Assembly: GCA_951406725.2 (NCBI GenBank)
Contig: OX597815.1
Coordinates: forward strand, 185,690,001 to 185,754,000
Reading direction: 5' to 3'
Origin: Octopus vulgaris
Lineage: Eukaryota
Length of the DNA stretch: 64,000 bases
Of this stretch, positions 26,439 through 39,337 are shown piece by piece (within the stretch, counting starts at the first letter, position 1; each line of letters opens with the position of its first letter). The translations under genes and the position numbers were made by a program. Under the pieces are notes generated by a model. It saw only the letters and a program-made list of their open reading frames with translations, had not been told where the DNA came from and searched no databases.

Positions 26439-27650
26439 AGAAAAAATCTATAGAGTATAACTTTGCTACAGTACACTGTTCATGCTCCAGTAATTTAATT
26501 AACTGGACTACACTAAATGTCATGTCTATAAAAAATATCATTTTCCCTTGTGCTTATTGGAAAATAATCAATACTTTGCTTAAAATAGCAACACAATGCT
26601 GTGTTGTTCATGTTGTTGTTGGTGTTTAAACGTAGGTTAGCCTGGAATGAGCAGACCAATGGTTGATGTCATTTCCGATATGACTATCCCAACTTTTATA
26701 AGAATATGTTTAGGACTCAATTGCAGCCTGGAAGGTGTTTATAAGCTACTAGCAACTAAGCCTGGTTTTACCCGGTCTGTTTGGATGATGTGGCTGCGTT
26801 CGTTTTCGGTAGGCATAATCTGTAGCAGCGTTTCTCAACCTTTTCATTTCGGTTCCCCTGTTTCGATTGGAGCTTCCAGCTGTATGAAAATTTCCTGACC
26901 CCACCCAAGGCACAAGACCCGAAATTTTGGGGGAGGAGGCCAATCGATTAGATCGACCCCACTACGCAACTGGTACTTAATTTATCGACCCGAAAGGATG
27001 AAAGGCAAAGTTGACCACAACAGAATTTGACCTCAGAACGTAAAGACAGAGATATCAGATATATTAACAAATAGATATTGCCACTGACAATTGATCAATA
27101 AATGAGCTTACAGGATGCCTGATCTGTGGAACAAACATGCAAGGAATCTGTTATCAACAATCCTATATAAAATTCTAAAAGTCACTCTTAAATCAGCAAT
27201 GATGCAAAAGATGTCAATTAAAAATTCTTGCACTCTGTGTAATGATGGAATAGAATCAGGCTCCCAGTTGCTGTAATCAAGAAGAAGTTAAATTGCTTAG
27301 AGCAGTTATAATTAAGAGGGATTAGTAAAGAATTTCATTTCTATAATTCTGCAAAATGGCTTTTGCTATGATAAGTCTTGTGAAGATGTGTTTGGGCACT
27401 TACTGCACAAACAGTTTCTAAGCAACTGGTTGTTTTAATGGCAGAAGAAAGAGGGGAATTCCATTAGAAAAAGATTTCGTCCATTTTCTCAGTAAATATG
27501 GGGGCTAGGAAAAAATACAAGCCACATTCCCATCTATGAACCCATCTCCACATGTGTGCCATTTTTCACATGAATCCACCCAGCTGTTTGGCTGTGAACC
27601 TCATGACAAGATAGAATACAACGATAGTCCAAGTCCAATTTATATTATAG

Positions 27651-27816
27651 ATTTAAGAAACACACAAAAACCATTAGATTCACTTCAACATTTAAATTTG
27701 ATTTCCCAATGGAATTTGTCATTGAACAGGTTGTGGTCTCAAAGCAACAAAAATATTTTGACAAATTAAATTTAAATGTTGAAGTGAATCTAATGGTTTT
27801 TGTGTGTTTCTTAAAT
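27651..27816. repeat. Perfect 49-bp inverted repeat enclosing a hammerhead-like fold
   Basis: 27651-27699 is the reverse complement of 27768-27816. Inner: tttgtca-TTGAACA-g-gttgt-ggtctcaaa-gcaac-AAAA-atat-TT-tgacaaa. Confidence 0.85.
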
Positions 27817-28619
27817 GGCTTATAAACACCTTCCACGCTGCAATTGTTTTTGTTTCAGCACATGATCTCAGATCAGGTCAGTTGCTATGCAAGTATATCT
27901 CCGTAATGTTGTAGCACTATATCATATAATATGTTCCTAATCAATTGATGAGGGTAAGCAGTAATTAAGGGAGATTTTGGCAGCTATTTCTGGCAGAGTA
28001 ATTGACCACAAATAAACATTTCAGCTTTGAGCATCCTGCCTGGTTTTCAAGCATTTATCTAAGACTACCTTATCCAATAACTCTTCCCTATCTTTTTATA
28101 AGGTACGATATAAGGGACAATTTTTCTGGTATGTATATAGGAGGTTCAGGGGGTAAATAAAGGCTCCTTTGTTACTTCAAATAAACACCTTTATAAAAAG
28201 ACACAAAGAATGCGGAGGCAGTGTGAAGAAAAGAAAACATTTTCTTCATACACCTGATGAAACCACGCAGTTCTTCTAGAAATCCTTCTAGGAATATGAT
28301 AAAAGAGATTTGAAAGAGTTCATAAAATAACGATTATGTGTAATGATAATGTATGTGTCCTGGCATCATTGATACAGCAGGTGCATTCACACTCTGTTTT
28401 GCTCTTGTTTTATGTGTGCATTCATTGAATGTGCAGGAGCGTGTGTATGTTCGAAACACGCATTGAGTCGAACCAGGGGCAGCTGATGAAGGGGAATATT
28501 CCTTGTATTGTTTGTCTTGTACTCTGTTTTTTCATTGTTAAAAAAAGTCCGTTTCTTTGTTTGTTTTTATGTTTTCGTTTCTCGTTGTGTTCTACATTTA
28601 TTTGTGGTGTTCTGTACTC

Positions 28620-28670
<51 letters not shown>

Positions 28671-28975
28671 TGTATATATACATGTAGATGTAGGTATGTA
28701 CATATATGTATGTATGCATATGTTTTATTTGTCAAAATGTTATTATATATATACACACACACATATATATGTATATATACACACATTATATATATATTCA
28801 TATAAGTGCAGGAGTGACTGTGTGGTAAGTATCTTGCATCCCAACCACATGGTTCTGATTTCAGCCCCACTGTGGGGCACCTTGGGCAAGTGTCTTGTAC
28901 TATAGCCTCAGGCAGACAAAAGCCTTGTGAGTGGATTTGGCACACGGGAACAGAAAGAAACCTGTTGTATATGTG

Positions 28976-29007
<32 letters not shown>

Positions 29008-29540
29008 CATGTATGAATATATAACTACACACATACATATATATATATATTGGGATATATATATTAATAATTTTGTCCCTTATGAGGTTTTTCACGCTAA
29101 CTACTTGCTGAATTCTTATAAAGATTTTATCCTATTTTTAAACTGTGTGTGTATATATATATTATATGCAATATGTGTATATATACGTATACATATATAT
29201 TATGTATATATACATACATATGTATACACACATATTATATACATATATGTAAGTATAGATACATACATATATTATACATTTATATATGTGCGTGTATATA
29301 AATGTATGTGTATATATACACATATCTACACATGTGCGTATATATATATATATGCACAGACATATATATATATTATTCAAAGCTGTTTGATTTGTATTCT
29401 GTGCTACTTCCAGTTTCGCAGGCATCATTAGGGCCCAGCAGATCTTGAAGTAGCATGGAATCTGAATCAAACAGCTTTGATTTCTACATGTAACTCCAAA
29501 CATGTTTGCCTGCCCTTTCTTTCTTTGTCCACTCCCTCAT

Positions 29541-29613
<73 letters not shown>

Positions 29614-32139
29614 CATACGTATGTATGTATCTCTGTGTGGTGGTGTGTGTATTCTTCATTAGAAGGCATTGTATATTGTCCAGAGCTGCATCCAACATTA
29701 GCTATTTCTTCTAACCGAGTTTAAGCCTCACATTTCTGCATTCTTATCTTCACAAGTATGTATTTGACCTTTATTGCTCTGGAGTCATTTATCAAACATA
29801 CTAATAATACTAATGGCCAGTCTACTGCGGCATACACCTTCTCAAAAACATAGGCTTTCCTTTTGCCTAGACAAAATAAATCAATATCTGTGAATACCAT
29901 TTTATGTGTGTATTGATCAGTCAATCAGCCTTCCTATCAATGTTTTTACTCTACCTCTATGCCTACCTGTCTAAGTCACTATCTATTACGAATCTACATG
30001 CTCATATAAGCGTACACAGACATATATCTGTGGAAGGGAAAACTTCCACGTAAATCAATCTGTTATGAAACACCTGAAGGAATAGCATATCCGAGACATC
30101 AGTTACAGTTATTGTTAAGGCAATATAAAGGTGCATTAATAATTTGGATGTTAACGAGGCTATCTCATTTGTTTTATTGAATCCATCTATTAACAGTAGA
30201 TGGGAAGTATGCGAAGCAGATTAGCTATTGTAATAATACCACGCTTTGCCTGCGAGTACACTGGCAATAAATTAGGGACCCCACAGCCTGTCAGATCCCA
30301 TTTAAGAAATATTTAGAAATATGCAGTAGGGCAATATTTTTAATAAAGACGGTGAGGTGACAGAGTCATTAGTATACCAGACAAAATGCTTAGCAACATT
30401 CCGTCTGTCCTCATGTTCGGAGTCTCAAATTCTGCGGAGATCAACTTTGCTTTTCATTCTTTCAGGGTTCGATGGAATAAGAAAAAGTTAAGCATTGAGG
30501 CCGATATAAATGGCTTATGCTACCCATCTCCACCGAAATTGCAGGCCCTGTGGCAAAATTCAAAACTAATATCTTAATGCCAGTGGAAGGTAAAAGGCTC
30601 CATTTGAGTGTGGTCAATGCCAGTGCACCCTGACTAGCCCCTGTGCTGGTGGCACATAGAAAGCACCCATTACATTCTCGAAGTTGTTGGCATTAGGAAG
30701 GGCATCCAGCTGTAGAAAATTTGCCAGATCAGATGGGAGCCTGGTGCAGCCTCCTAGCTTGCCAGTCCTCAGTCAAACCGTCCAACCTATGCCAGCATGG
30801 GAAGTGCACATCAAACAATGATGATATGATGAAGATGGCAAGCTTACAGAATCATTAGCATGCACAGCAAAATGCTGAGTGACCTTTCATTCATCTTTAT
30901 GTCTGGAGTTCAAATTTCCCTAAGGTTGACTATATCTTTTATCCATTCAGAATCGATAAAATAAGTACCAGTAGCATGCTGGGGTTGATGTTATTGACTT
31001 GAACCCCTCCACCAAAATTGCTGGCTTTGTGCCAAAAACTTGAAGCCAATATTTCTACTTTACATACTTTACAACTCAGGTGAAGTTTGAAGAAGAGAAT
31101 ATGAGAAAAGAATTTTGTTGAAAAGTTTAAACACATTCTGAATGGACAATTATGATAATAATAACAATAATCCTTTCTACTAAAGGCAAAAGACATGAAA
31201 TTTAGGGGAGGGGGACGAGTTGATTACATCAACCCCAGTGTTCAACTGGTACTTAATTTATCAACCCTGAGGATGAAAGGCAAAGTCAACCTCAGCGGAA
31301 TTTGAACTTAAAACATAAAAGACAGACGAAATATCACAAAGCATTTTGCCCAGAATGCTAACAATTCTGTCAGCTCACCACCATAATACTAATAATAATA
31401 ATCCTTTCTACTATAGGTACAAGACCCTAGTGTTTTACTGGTACTTAATTTATCAAACCCTAAAGCATGAAAGGCAAAATCGACCTCAGCAGAATTTGAA
31501 CTCAGAATGCAGAGGCTGACGAAATACTGCTAAGCATTTTAACAGGCGTGCTAACAATTGTGCCAACTAGCCACCTTGGACAATAATAAGAATAATAACA
31601 ATAATATCAATATTGATTTAAATGTGAATTTCATTTTACTCAAAAACTGTAGTAAAACTGGCAGCAATATGAACCTAAATTTGAACTTAATTTCATTAAG
31701 AATTATTTAAAGTAAAACTACCATTTGTCATATCGGATGTTTTTCAGTATCTGATAGTAGCCAAAACCTGTACTGGTAACTCTGGATGCTAAAATGCTTC
31801 TATAAATAAATACTGTCAATGCCAACCGAGTCACCATGGTCAGAAAACTGTGAAATCTAAGCCAGAGGCTGACCAGTAAAAACTGTGTTCACAAGCTTCA
31901 ACTTGTTGGCTTCTATCAGAAGGTATTTAAAGGCAAAATTCTGTCATTTCACAACAGTTGTCAATTGTGAAACCATTTAAATGCTTGTTAACGCTACCAC
32001 ATAAACATTTTCCTGAAGATTGTTATGAAATATGAAAATTATTGTATTATTGTAAGATGTAATATTGTAAAAAATACAAAGATCCATGTGAAAATCTGAC
32101 TTGATTGACTAATAGACTTATTTACTCACAATTTTACAG

Positions 32140-32194
<55 letters not shown>

Positions 32195-32656
32195 TACTTG
32201 TATTGAGTACATATATGTCTCTAAGTATATATATATGTGTATATATATATGTGTGTGTATATATATACACACACATACATACATACACACACACATACTT
32301 GTATTGAATACATATATGTCTCTAAGTGTGTGTGTGTGTATGTGTGTATATATATATCATCAACATCATCATCATCGTTTAATGTTCGTTTTCTGAGCTG
32401 ACAAGGGCTGGGTGGTTTGACAAGAGCAAGTCAGCCAGGGACCCAGGGGGGGCTGTCCAGACTCCAGTTGTCTGTTGTGCCATGATTTCTACGATTTGAT
32501 GCTCTTCCTAATGTCAACCACTCTACAGAGTATGCAGGCTGCTTTTTATGCAGCACCAATACATTTACATTGCACCGACATGAGTCTAATTCATGTGGCA
32601 CCAGCACCAGTAAAGGACAAGCTTGTATGTACGGATGACAGTGATCTTTACTTAGA

Positions 32657-32718
<62 letters not shown>

Positions 32719-33000
32719 TATTATTGTTTATACATTATTCCTTATGCAAATTGTTATTAAAACACATCATTATTTATATGATATGACCTCGCAACAGCCA
32801 TGTTACAAAACAGTTCCATGTCAAAACCCTTCCAGAAATGGAAAGTGAAATTAGAAGTTATTGGACATAGCTTCAGTACCATTAATTGGATGCCATGAGA
32901 TTTATAAACTAATTATAAAATATCAATCCTGTCACCTAATATATTAGTGCCCGTTTCTTTATGACTCTTAAAAAGTTTGGACAACCCATTTATACACACA

Positions 33001-33385
33001 CTAGCAGTATCGCCCGGCGTTGCTCAGGTTTGTAAGGGAAATAACTATAAAGCATTTTTAGAGAGTTATAGCCAAAAAATAGCAAAAAAATGGGAAAAAA
33101 ATTATGGTAAATTTTTTTTTGAGAGTAATAAAAGGTTGAGTTGCGTCCCCTAGACAGTCTGTGGTTTGTTTTTTTTTATTCTCGACTCCATGTCGAATTT
33201 ATCGATTTTTCAGAACTGGGGGAACTTTTCAAAATTTTCGCTGCGTTAGTTTTGAATTATGACATTGGGCTATGTGTGTGTCAAGTTTCATCAGAATCGG
33301 TTGAAAGCCGTGGTCAGGGTGAGGGTACGAGAAAACAGACACACAGAAACACGCACAGACAAACTGCCGTTTATATAGAGAGAGA
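33001..33385 (-). mobile_element. Non-autonomous Helitron (385 bp), same family as 34247-40368
   Basis: CTAG at 33001 with a hairpin (cccggcgttgctcagg) like the large element. 33139-33385 is near-identical to 40119-40368, including the A|TCTCTCTCTATATAAACGGCAG 5' end. Confidence 0.93.
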
Positions 33386-33764
33386 TATAGATATACGTAC
33401 ATATATATACACATACATATGTATACACATACATACACATACATACATACATGTATGTATATATATATACATGCATATATACATATGTATATATATGTAT
33501 ATACATATACATATGTATATATATGTATATACATATATATACATATGTATATACGTATATATATATATATATATACATATATGTGTTTATATATGTATAT
33601 ATATATATACACATACAGACATGTATATATGTATATATACGTATACTCTACCAGTATTTGAAATGCACCCCCCACTTATTTCTGTTAAGACTGGTACTTC
33701 TATCAATCTCTTTTGATGAACTGCTAATCCATTGGCATGTAAAGACACCAACACCAGTGGTCAA

Positions 33765-33809
<45 letters not shown>

Positions 33810-34368
33810 CGATATGCTTCTTTCGGTTTCTGTCTACGAAATCCACTCACTATAGCACTGGTCAGCCCAAGGCTATAGTAGAAGACACTTGCCCAAGGTA
33901 CCACACAGTGGGACTGAACCTGCAACCATGTGGCCAGGAAGCGAGTTTATATAATTTCAAAGTAAGTGCTTAGAGACTATGAATTGAGGGGGGAAGAAAA
34001 GAAAAAATGAAAAAGAAGGGAAGACTATTGATTTGGTTTTGAACAAAGAAATTGTTATGCATCCACATCCGTACATTCAAACACATTCACACAGAAACAC
34101 ACACATACTTGCACAAACATATATTTACACTCAAAGATGAAGACACATCTATAAAAGAAGAAATTGTCATAATCAGATCAATAAATAGTGTGTTAGGTAA
34201 TAAAAAAACATATACTCAAATGGACAGATTCATAAATAGAAAATGACTAGCAGCATAGCCCGGCGTTGCCCGGGTCTGTAAGAGCCCCTAGTAGGCAACG
34301 ACTAATCCCAATGTAGTCCTTTCCCTCCAGGGAACGAAGGTGCATGTGGACGTTGCAATGTCTTGTCT

Positions 34369-37300
34369 TCACTGGAATACTTCTGTATATACGATGTTCC
34401 TAGCTGTCCGTTTGGGCGAAAACATGAAAACATCATTGCGCCTCCCAACGCGTGAACAGCCCACGTAGAGTTGACCGTGGGCGAAGCACTGTTCGCCCAA
34501 ATGTAACCCAGCGACTTGTAGCGTTTGGCCTTGGGATTTATTGATGGACAATGCGAAGCAGAGTTTAACAGGAAACTGAGAACGCCTGAAGTGGATTGGT
34601 AGGTCAGCGCCCGACGGTTGAAGGTGCATCCGTGGAATGAAGACGTCCTCTCCCTTCCCACAACCGGTAAGTATTGTGGCCGTTATTAAATGTGGTGCCA
34701 AATGTTTCACAACCAAATGTGTGCCGTTGCACTGTTTAGGTGGAACCAAATTCCTGATGAGCATAATGGGCGCACCGACTTTTAACTTCAGGATGTGTGG
34801 TGGCAGGCCTGGCGGTTCAAGTGAATTCAGGAATTCAACAGGATAATCGGCAAGCTGGGCGGGGTCTGCTGTCCTATCTATAGATTTGTAGACGTGGACA
34901 TCACCAGGAATAGCTTCAAGTAGCTGGATATTGATGGAGTTGACGGTTGTATTTTTGGGTGCGAGAATAGCTCTGCCTGCCAGCCATTTTAGGTCGCGTA
35001 AATTGTTTTGTAGGTCGTGGAAGACAGCGTCCCGGAGGATAGCAGGGGTGTCGACAATGGTGCAAAGTGAGTCCAATTGAACGTAGCCATCCGCATCAGA
35101 CAGCATCCTATTTTCACCGAGCGATAAGAGGTCCCTGGAGAATGCAGCGGATCCGCTGTCACCAATTAACTGCGCGCACATGTTAGCTTGGAGGTGCAAG
35201 GGCCGCACATGTGCCCAAAGAGCTGACGACTTAAGGCACGCGCGCACGGCATCGGCACGGGTTCCTTTTGGAATAACAGGTAGAGTCTGCCTGAAGTCTC
35301 CTGAAAGAAGTAAAGTTAATCCTCCCATGGGGGCCGTAGAGTCTCTGATGTCTTGCAAGGACCTGTCCAGTGCCTCAAGGGTGCCTTTGTGTGCCATAGT
35401 GCACTCGTCCCATACAATGAGTTTGCATCTGCGCAGAATGTCGGCCTGTTCTGAGTTCTTGGCGATGTTGCAGATAGGTGACTCGGACTTTGCCAGATCG
35501 AGCGGGAGTCTGAAGGCAGAGTGGGCGGTTCTGCCACCCAGAAGCAACGTGGCCACGATACCAGAGGAAGCTACAGCCAGGGCAATGTCCGTGTTGTGTC
35601 TGACCTCTGCCAGAATTAGTTTAGTGACGAAGGTTTTGCCAGTGCCGCCGGGTGCATCAAGGAAGAAAATCCCCCCACGTTGCTGTCTGACAGAGTCTAC
35701 GATGGTGTTGTAGGCTATGCGCTGGTCTGGAAGCAGCCGTGGTTCATTATCTTGGACGTACTGGTGCAGTTCCTCAATGCAGTAGGAAGTTTCGCGTAAC
35801 AATTCAACAGACATAACATTGGCGTGTTCACGTGTGGGTGGTGGAAGGCCGTACTCTGTTAAAGCAGACCCACCCATATCGATGACAGCGTCTTCGAGTT
35901 GAATGAGCGCAAAATTGTAAATGAAGTTGGTGAACGTGATCTCGGCGGAAGGGCAGTGTTGCTGAGCCGTACGTAAGAAGTCGTGCGACATGTCATCCCT
36001 GTATTTCATCCAGAGACTTAGTGGATCACTAAGCTGACATTTTTGAAGAAGGATTGCGAAAAGATGTCGTAGGGCCGAATGCGTTTGCAGTAAAGCACCC
36101 TCTGCCATCGTGGCGTCCCACTGGGAGTCATCCTCTAGAAGGCCAAGTCTTATACATGCTTCCCTGAAGGTGTCGCACAGAACCCCATTGACGGTACGTA
36201 TATTGGCGAAACCTGTTGGACCAGTGACCTCATGTAGAAGGAGACGGAGGTAGAAGCATTCTTGTTGGTTTGGCGGGATGTTGTAAACTCGACCCAGGCA
36301 GGAGTCAAACTTGACGCCTGGGAAGCTTTCGACGTTTTTGCCGGATTTCCGTCGAACCCAGGTGTTTTTAGACCACACGAAGTACGATGGGACCTGTGGT
36401 TACAAAAGCGTTCGAGCGAAGTCATCACGTTGGCATAATTTGAAGAAACCAGTCAACGTTGTGTCTTTAGGGCTGGTGGCTATCTGCACAGCACTTTGCT
36501 CTGTGAAGTAAATCCGCTGTCCATTTTCCAAGTGTACAGCAAGCTGCACCACAGCCGGGTGTCTCTGATGGAGCGGGAAGCCGTAAATGCGCCAAAACGC
36601 TTCGTTGCTGCTGAGGTACCGGCCAGCCAAGTAGTTGGACACTTCGTCGCGACTGATGGTCCTCTGGATGCTGAACATGGCAGCATCGCTGCCTTTGTTG
36701 ATATATTTGCAGACATATTGTATTGACCTGATGGAACTGCAGAACTCAACGTTGACGTGGGCTTTGAATATCTTCGACAGGAGAGGACAGTAGGGGACAA
36801 TGTAGCTGTTGTCCACTTGATGTCGCCCAACCGTAATCGTGCGGCCTCCATTGGCTGGACTCCTTCGTTTGTACAGCGGATACCCATCGCCGCCTGTTTG
36901 AGTCTCCAAAGTGAACCGTTTAGGGAATCCCTTTGAGCAGGCTAATCCGTTTTTGTAGCATGGTGTGTTGGCGTAATTTGGTCCACAGGGCCCGTGTACC
37001 ATGGTAGTGCGGACAATTTCGTAGAGTCCGGGGTCCTCATCGGGGTCAGGAATCTCGGCGGAAATGAATTTGTCAATGTCATTAGTCTCGATTTTATGAG
37101 TGAGCCAAATTAAGATGTGAGCATGTGGCAAGCCCCTCTTTTGCCACTCGACCGAAAACATGTGGCACCTGACATGCCCGAAAATCTGACCCTTAACTAT
37201 CAAATCCTTCATTTTGCCCAAATTCAGTCGTGTCGATGGGTGTGAGATTGACCCGGGAGGCGTTCGCGAGTGATTTCGTCGCAGCTGGGATTGCACGTGT

Positions 37301-39216
37301 AGGTGATAAAGAGGTCCGGCCGGCCGTAAATGCGCACGTAGGTCAAGGCGTCTTGGGTCCTTTCACGCATATATCGCGGTCCTCCCGTGAAGGTGGAGGG
37401 TAGAATGCATGGCTTGCCGATGTTGCGAGGGTCATTTTCTTGTTGCAAACCGTCACGGAGATGAATGTAGGAGTCGGAGCGAAGTTTGGTCTGATTAAGT
37501 TTAATGTATAGCAGCCTTTCCGATTCCATTTTTGCGGCCATGTCGACGGCGAACTGGTTGAATAGCTGACGACAACGGGGCAATAAGTTGAACTCACCCT
37601 CCCTGACCATGAACCGGTATGAGTAGAACGCCCTGTAGGAAACCGTCTTTGATGCCGCAGTAGTTTGATTGAAGGGCTGCCGTAAAGGAATTCCGAAGTG
37701 GTAGCCGTCTTCCCCATAAGGGAAAAGCAATGGATACTGAAGCGCGTCATAAGATCTGTGAGTCTCGCTGATCCTGTGTAGGTTGTTACCACGGGAGGAG
37801 ATGATTATGTCACGGCTGTTGTGTTGCTCTCCGTGTATGACTGCGGCAATTTCGTTGCACGCAGGTGCGTTGAAACGGCGTTCGTGCTCCCCGTGGGGTC
37901 GTTTATCAGCATCAATGACAACGGTGAAGTTTGGAGATGGAGCACTGTCCAAGGCATATCTGAAGCTGCAAACGTAGCTGTTGATATCATGAAGCATGGT
38001 TTGGAGACGGAGAAGAATGTCTTTGCGGGGAACATAGCTTGTACCCGGTATTATTCCAAGGCGTGCATCAACCTGGTGGTTGTAGTCGGCAATGAAGTAT
38101 ATTTGGAGGAAAGAAGACTGCTGAATCTCGTCTGGCAGAAGTGACCCAATAAGATGGTAGACCTGTCCCTGCACTTTGAAAGTAGGCATCCAGCCTTCTC
38201 TGGGAGGAATTTTGGCCCCGAAAGAGGTCATTTGGAATGAGCAGTTGTACTTTCGAATTATTTCAAGGAATTATGACGAATCGGGGGTTAAACCCGCCGC
38301 GAGATCCTTCAGTGGTTGAGGTGGTTCCCGTAGGGGTGGCAGGTCCACTTTGCCACCAGAGCAGCACAAACCAGGTGGCTCTCCGGGCCATTTCTTGGCT
38401 TTGCAAAACTGGCATACAATTGTCATTGACCCTATCTTGATGTCGTCACGCAAGGAGAAGTTAATTGTGGCGTCGTAGTTGAATGCTAGTGACAACCAGA
38501 AAGCGGGGGCAGGGGTACGTACACCACGAATGATATCCCGACGTTTGTTGATACTCTCAAGTCGAGTGCACCGTGCCTCAGCAGATTCAGATGCACGTGC
38601 GACAGCGGTAGCAGTGGCATCCCTTGAAAGCCTTTCAGCTCTCGCCTCAGCACCCTCTGAAGCCCTAGCAGAAGCAGTGCTAATGGCATGTCTGGATGTC
38701 CGAATAGTCCGTTGGTGTGGAGTTTCGGCAGATCGAGCCCTGGCTGTTTGCGGCGTTAGCAGCTTGGCGAGCTCTCCTCTGTTGAGGTGTTTCGGCAGCT
38801 TTGGCCATGGCTTTGTTTGCGGCGTCAGCACATTGGCGAGTTCTCCTCTGCTGTGAGGTTTCGACAGATCGTGTCCTGGCGGTGCTAGTGGCGTTAGCCG
38901 TATTCCGAATGGCCCTTTGTTCGGGGTTCTCGCGAGCTCTGCGGATGGAAGCACAGTAAGAAGCCCGCATGTTTTGGCTGGACTGTTGCTCTTTCGTCAA
39001 CCTCGAGCGGAGGGAAGATCTGTACGCTGCGACCCTTGCAAGTCGGGTAGAACGGTCGCTAGTAGTTTCAGATGCCTGAGCAGCGGCATAACGGGAAGCT
39101 GTTTGCGAGAGGCGCAAGGCGGTTTCCTCGTGGGTCTCGCGTGCCCTTCTAGCCCTAGCAGCCGATGCCTTGGCCGTCCGAGGGCTGAGGAGGGTCCTTC
39201 TCTTCTTGGGTGGCAT
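34369..39216 (-). pseudogene. Helitron RepHel transposase (~1,600 aa reconstructed): NLS-like start, 23-aa repeats, Cys-rich motif, HUH Rep domain, PIF1-family SF1B helicase; 2 frameshifts and 2 in-frame stops
   Basis: Starts MPPKKRR (ATG at 39216). Cys motif CQFCKAKKWPGEPPGLCCSGGK. Rep motifs PDLFITYTCNP, EWQKRGLPHAHILIWL (HUH) and QYVCKYINKG. Helicase motifs DAPGGTGKT, IVWDECTM, SGDFRQTLPV, FALSINKSQGQT and HGQLYVGCSRV. Lesions: frameshift ~38747; in-frame TAA 38273-38271 (frame continues FLEIIRKYNCSFQMTSF); deletion/frameshift ~37228; in-frame TAA 36402-36400 (LL*PQVPSYFVW). Confidence 0.95.
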
Positions 39217-39337
39217 TTTGGTGGATAGCAATGTGTTTGGCAAAGGTGTAATAAAAAGGAACACGTGGGGTAAGTATTTTGGTGGATAGCAATGTGTTTG
39301 GTAAAGGTGTAATAAAAAGGAGCTCGTGGGGTAAGTA
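39215..39337. repeat. Tandem duplication (2 x 61 bp) immediately upstream of the RepHel ATG
   Basis: attttggtggatagcaatgtgtttgg(c/t)aaaggtgtaataaaaagga...cgtggggtaagt starts at 39215 and again at 39276. Confidence 0.9.

Noticed and set aside
28450-28500. GAAAC...CTGATGA order suggesting a type II hammerhead (similar at ~10278-10315 and ~13128-13170)
   Set aside because: Stems I and III cannot be paired convincingly.
35180-39228. Plus-strand ORFs overlapping the Helitron
   Set aside because: These are antisense shadows of GC-rich coding sequence with no recognisable motifs.
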